A program made the translations under genes and the position numbers. A DNA stretch of 64,000 nucleotides from Macrostomum lignano (lineage: Eukaryota). Where the stretch lies: NCBI GenBank assembly GCA_002269645.1, contig NIVC01001008.1:318491-382490 (forward strand). Reading direction: 5' to 3'. The notes under the pieces were generated by a model. It had not been told where the DNA came from, did not search any database, and saw nothing but the letters and a program-made list of their open reading frames with translations. Positions 61,601-64,000 of this stretch are shown here, one piece after another (positions within the stretch are counted from its first letter, which is position 1; each line of letters opens with the position of its first letter).

Positions 61601-63343
61601 TCAGCGCAGCAGCATAAGCAGCCGCTGCAGACCGGCCAGCAGCAGGAGAGTCCCGGCCGAGGCGGCCAGCGGGCGGCAGGCCGGACAGGCCGGGGAGCCT
61701 GGCGGGCAGGCCCGCTTGGCGCTGGTCATCTTCATCGGGCCGTGGATGGAGCCTTCGCCGCGGCCGCGCTCCGCTCCGCCTTGATCGTCCGGCTCTTTGG
61801 GCAGCCACAGGTCACCGCCGGGCGGCGGGCCGGGGATGACCGGCGGCCAGCGGGTGGGCGGCTGGCGGGCGGCTGGCGGGGCGGCTGCGGCGGCCAGCGG
61901 GTGGCCGGCTTCCGGGGCGGCTGCGGCTGTACCGGCGGCCGGGGCGTCCACCAGGACTCGGTTGGCGGTGACGGTGGCTGAGGCGGCGCCACTGGGGGCG
62001 GCAATTCACCGTCGCCGGAGGTCTCGCCGCCGCCGACGTCGACGATAGGCGGCCACGGCCAGCCGGACGGAACCGGCCGAGGCGGCGGCGGAGGCCCGGT
62101 TGGCTCGCCGTCGCCCGAAGAGACGCCGCCGGGCACGAGTGGGCCGGATGTGGATGAAGAGGAAGAGCTGGCGGTGGGCAGAGCCGGGACGAACACCCCG
62201 GACGGGGTGGCGGCCGCTCTTCGTCGCCGGAGCCGAGGCCTGGGTTAACGGGTGGCGGCCGCCAAGGCAGCGGAGCAACTGTGGAGCTTCCGTCAACAAC
62301 GGGCGGCTGCGGGGCGGCAGCGGTGGCCAACGGGTCGCAGGCGGCAGCGGTGGCCAACGGGTCGCAGGCGGCAGCGGTGGCCAGCGGGTCGCAGGCGGCA
62401 GCGGTGGCCAGCGGGTTGCAGGCGGCGCCGGTGGCTCCCGGGTGGCTGCAGGCGGGGGTACCCAGACCCCTGGCCTTGGCGGCGGACCGGCGGCATCGCC
62501 GGACCGGCCGTGTCTGGGCGCGGCGAATTGGCGGCAACGGACGCCAAGAATCAACTACGCCAGCAGGCGGCGGCCGGGTCAGCGGAGGCAGAGTTGAAAG
62601 CCGGCGCGGAAATCCGCCGGCGGGGGCGAGGCCGAGGGGCCACCGGCACGGGCGGAGGAGCGGCGCCGCTGCCGGAACCGAGGCCGGCGCACTAGTAGCG
62701 GCGCCGATAGGCAAAGCGTCTGTCAGGCTGGGCCGGAACTGCCAATGCTAGACGCCACTCTGGCGCGTTTATTAAGCAGGCCCCTAAGCGTTGGATCCAG
62801 CGGCTGCTCGACGAAGCCGGCAAAGCTTTCGCTTTTAGGCAGCTCGGCTAGAAGCCGGTGAGCGGCGCGCAGATTGGCCACCCGCTGAGACACGGCCAGT
62901 GTAGGCGGCTCTACTGGCGACGCTACCGTCGACGCTGGCGCCGTGTAGCCAGCGGCGGAGTCGGTGCCGTTCCAGCAGCGTCCAGGCGGGGCCGGGTCGG
63001 CCTTGCAAAAGCGCTTGGCCAGGCTGCTGGGCCTGAACAGGCTCCGGCTGGCGGGCAGGCTTCGCTTAGCGGTGAGGCCAGCTCGTCCAGCGCTCCTGGG
63101 CTTGGCTGCTGGCCCTGGCGCATCATCGCTGTTGCGGTAGTTCCAGCCGAACATGGAGGCGCGGCGGCGACGTCGGCGACCTCGGCCGGGCCGAGGCAGC
63201 GGCGGCGGCACGATGAAGGCGAGCCATTGGCTTTAAGCTTTGGGCGGGCCGCACAGTTTGGCCACCTCAGTCTGGATGTGGTCCTTGCGCTCCTGCATGT
63301 CCATGATGCCGGCGCTGATGCGCAGGCCCAGGTTTTCCAGCAC
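61601..63343 (-). CDS. GPC: 3' exon of a glypican (GPI-anchored heparan sulfate proteoglycan) with a long Pro-rich stalk; several frameshifts in the given sequence
   Basis: cgcag|VLENLGLRISAGIMDMQE...CGPPK matches glypican ISxAIMxMQE...CGxPK. Also Arg-rich furin-like stretch, SLAKRFC...RCWNG...GY, VSQRVANLR, multiple SGD/GSG sites and a hydrophobic C-terminus TLLLLAGLQRLLMLLR*. Confidence 0.75.
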
Positions 63344-63454
63344 CTGCGCGTTGGTTTTTGGACAAAAATAATCAAATTTTAAAGTTGACGACTGTGTCCG
63401 CGAAGCTTATATAAATAAGCGGCTGAAACCTCCGCAATCTTTACATTATATTTT

Positions 63455-64000
63455 TTTTACACCCCAGAATTTTCACCCTGAATCTCCTCCACAACTAAGA
63501 ATCTTTACAACCCACAATCTTCACGACCTACAATTTCCTAACTCAGAATCTTCACACCCCAAGGTCTTCACAACCAGAATCTTCACACCTAAGAAACTTC
63601 AGAACCCAGAATCTTCACAGCCTAGAATCTTCACAACCAGAATCTTCACAACCTAGAATCCTCACAACCCAGAATCTTCACAACCCAGGATCTTCACAAT
63701 CTTGAATCTTCACAACCCAGAATCATCACAACCTACAATCTTTCTAACTCAGAATCTTCACAACCTACAATCTTCCTAACTCAGAATCTTCACAACCCCA
63801 GAATCTTCACGCCAAAGAATCTTCATAACCCAGAATCTTCACAACCCAGAATATTCACACCCAAGAATCTTCACACCAAGAATCTTCAAACCTAGAATCT
63901 CACAACCCAGAATCTTTCATAACCTAGAATCTTCACACCCAAGAATCTTTACAACCCAGAATCTTCAACACCCAAGAATCTTCACAACCCAGAATCTTCA
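63455..64000. repeat. Degenerate 16-bp minisatellite (ACAACCCAGAATCTTC), glypican intron
   Basis: Direct tandem repeat running off the window. Confidence 0.9.

Noticed and set aside
63211-63235. Possible stop-codon readthrough, since the TAA is in frame with ORF 62723-63211
   Set aside because: The region has many single-base frameshifts; one extra A (PKLKANG frame) is a simpler explanation than recoding
63233-63343. Similarity of DMQERKDHIQTEVAKL to a DEK C-terminal domain, as a separate gene ending at TAA 63233
   Set aside because: Glypican explains more residues (ISxxIMxMQE, CGPPK) and the downstream CWNG and GPI features

Overview
Eukaryotic (invertebrate animal) genomic DNA: GC-rich spliced exons sit in AT-rich DNA, and about 37 different mini/microsatellite arrays occupy introns and spacers. 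The style suggests a free-living flatworm such as Macrostomum, but this is inference only. Plus strand: a synaptobrevin/VAMP TM exon, an orphan coiled-coil ORF, two tandem intronless ATP synthase subunit c genes and a 2-exon MARCH-type RING-CH ligase. Minus strand: the 3' exon of a glypican (frameshifted as given) and two tandem, divergent SLC6 transporter genes whose exons I reconstructed by hand from GT-AG sites and codon phases. The downstream SLC6 gene carries two homologous, phase-identical versions of the TM8-TM9 exon (likely mutually exclusive exons). It also has no in-frame start codon before TM1, and its first coding exon is flanked by AP-1-motif and ETS-motif minisatellites. Several arrays are amplified splice sites. 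Mobile DNA: one decayed mariner, three MITEs with 8-bp TSDs and two tRNA-headed SINEs. Most long ORFs in the supplied track are repeat artefacts, and there is no CRISPR array.
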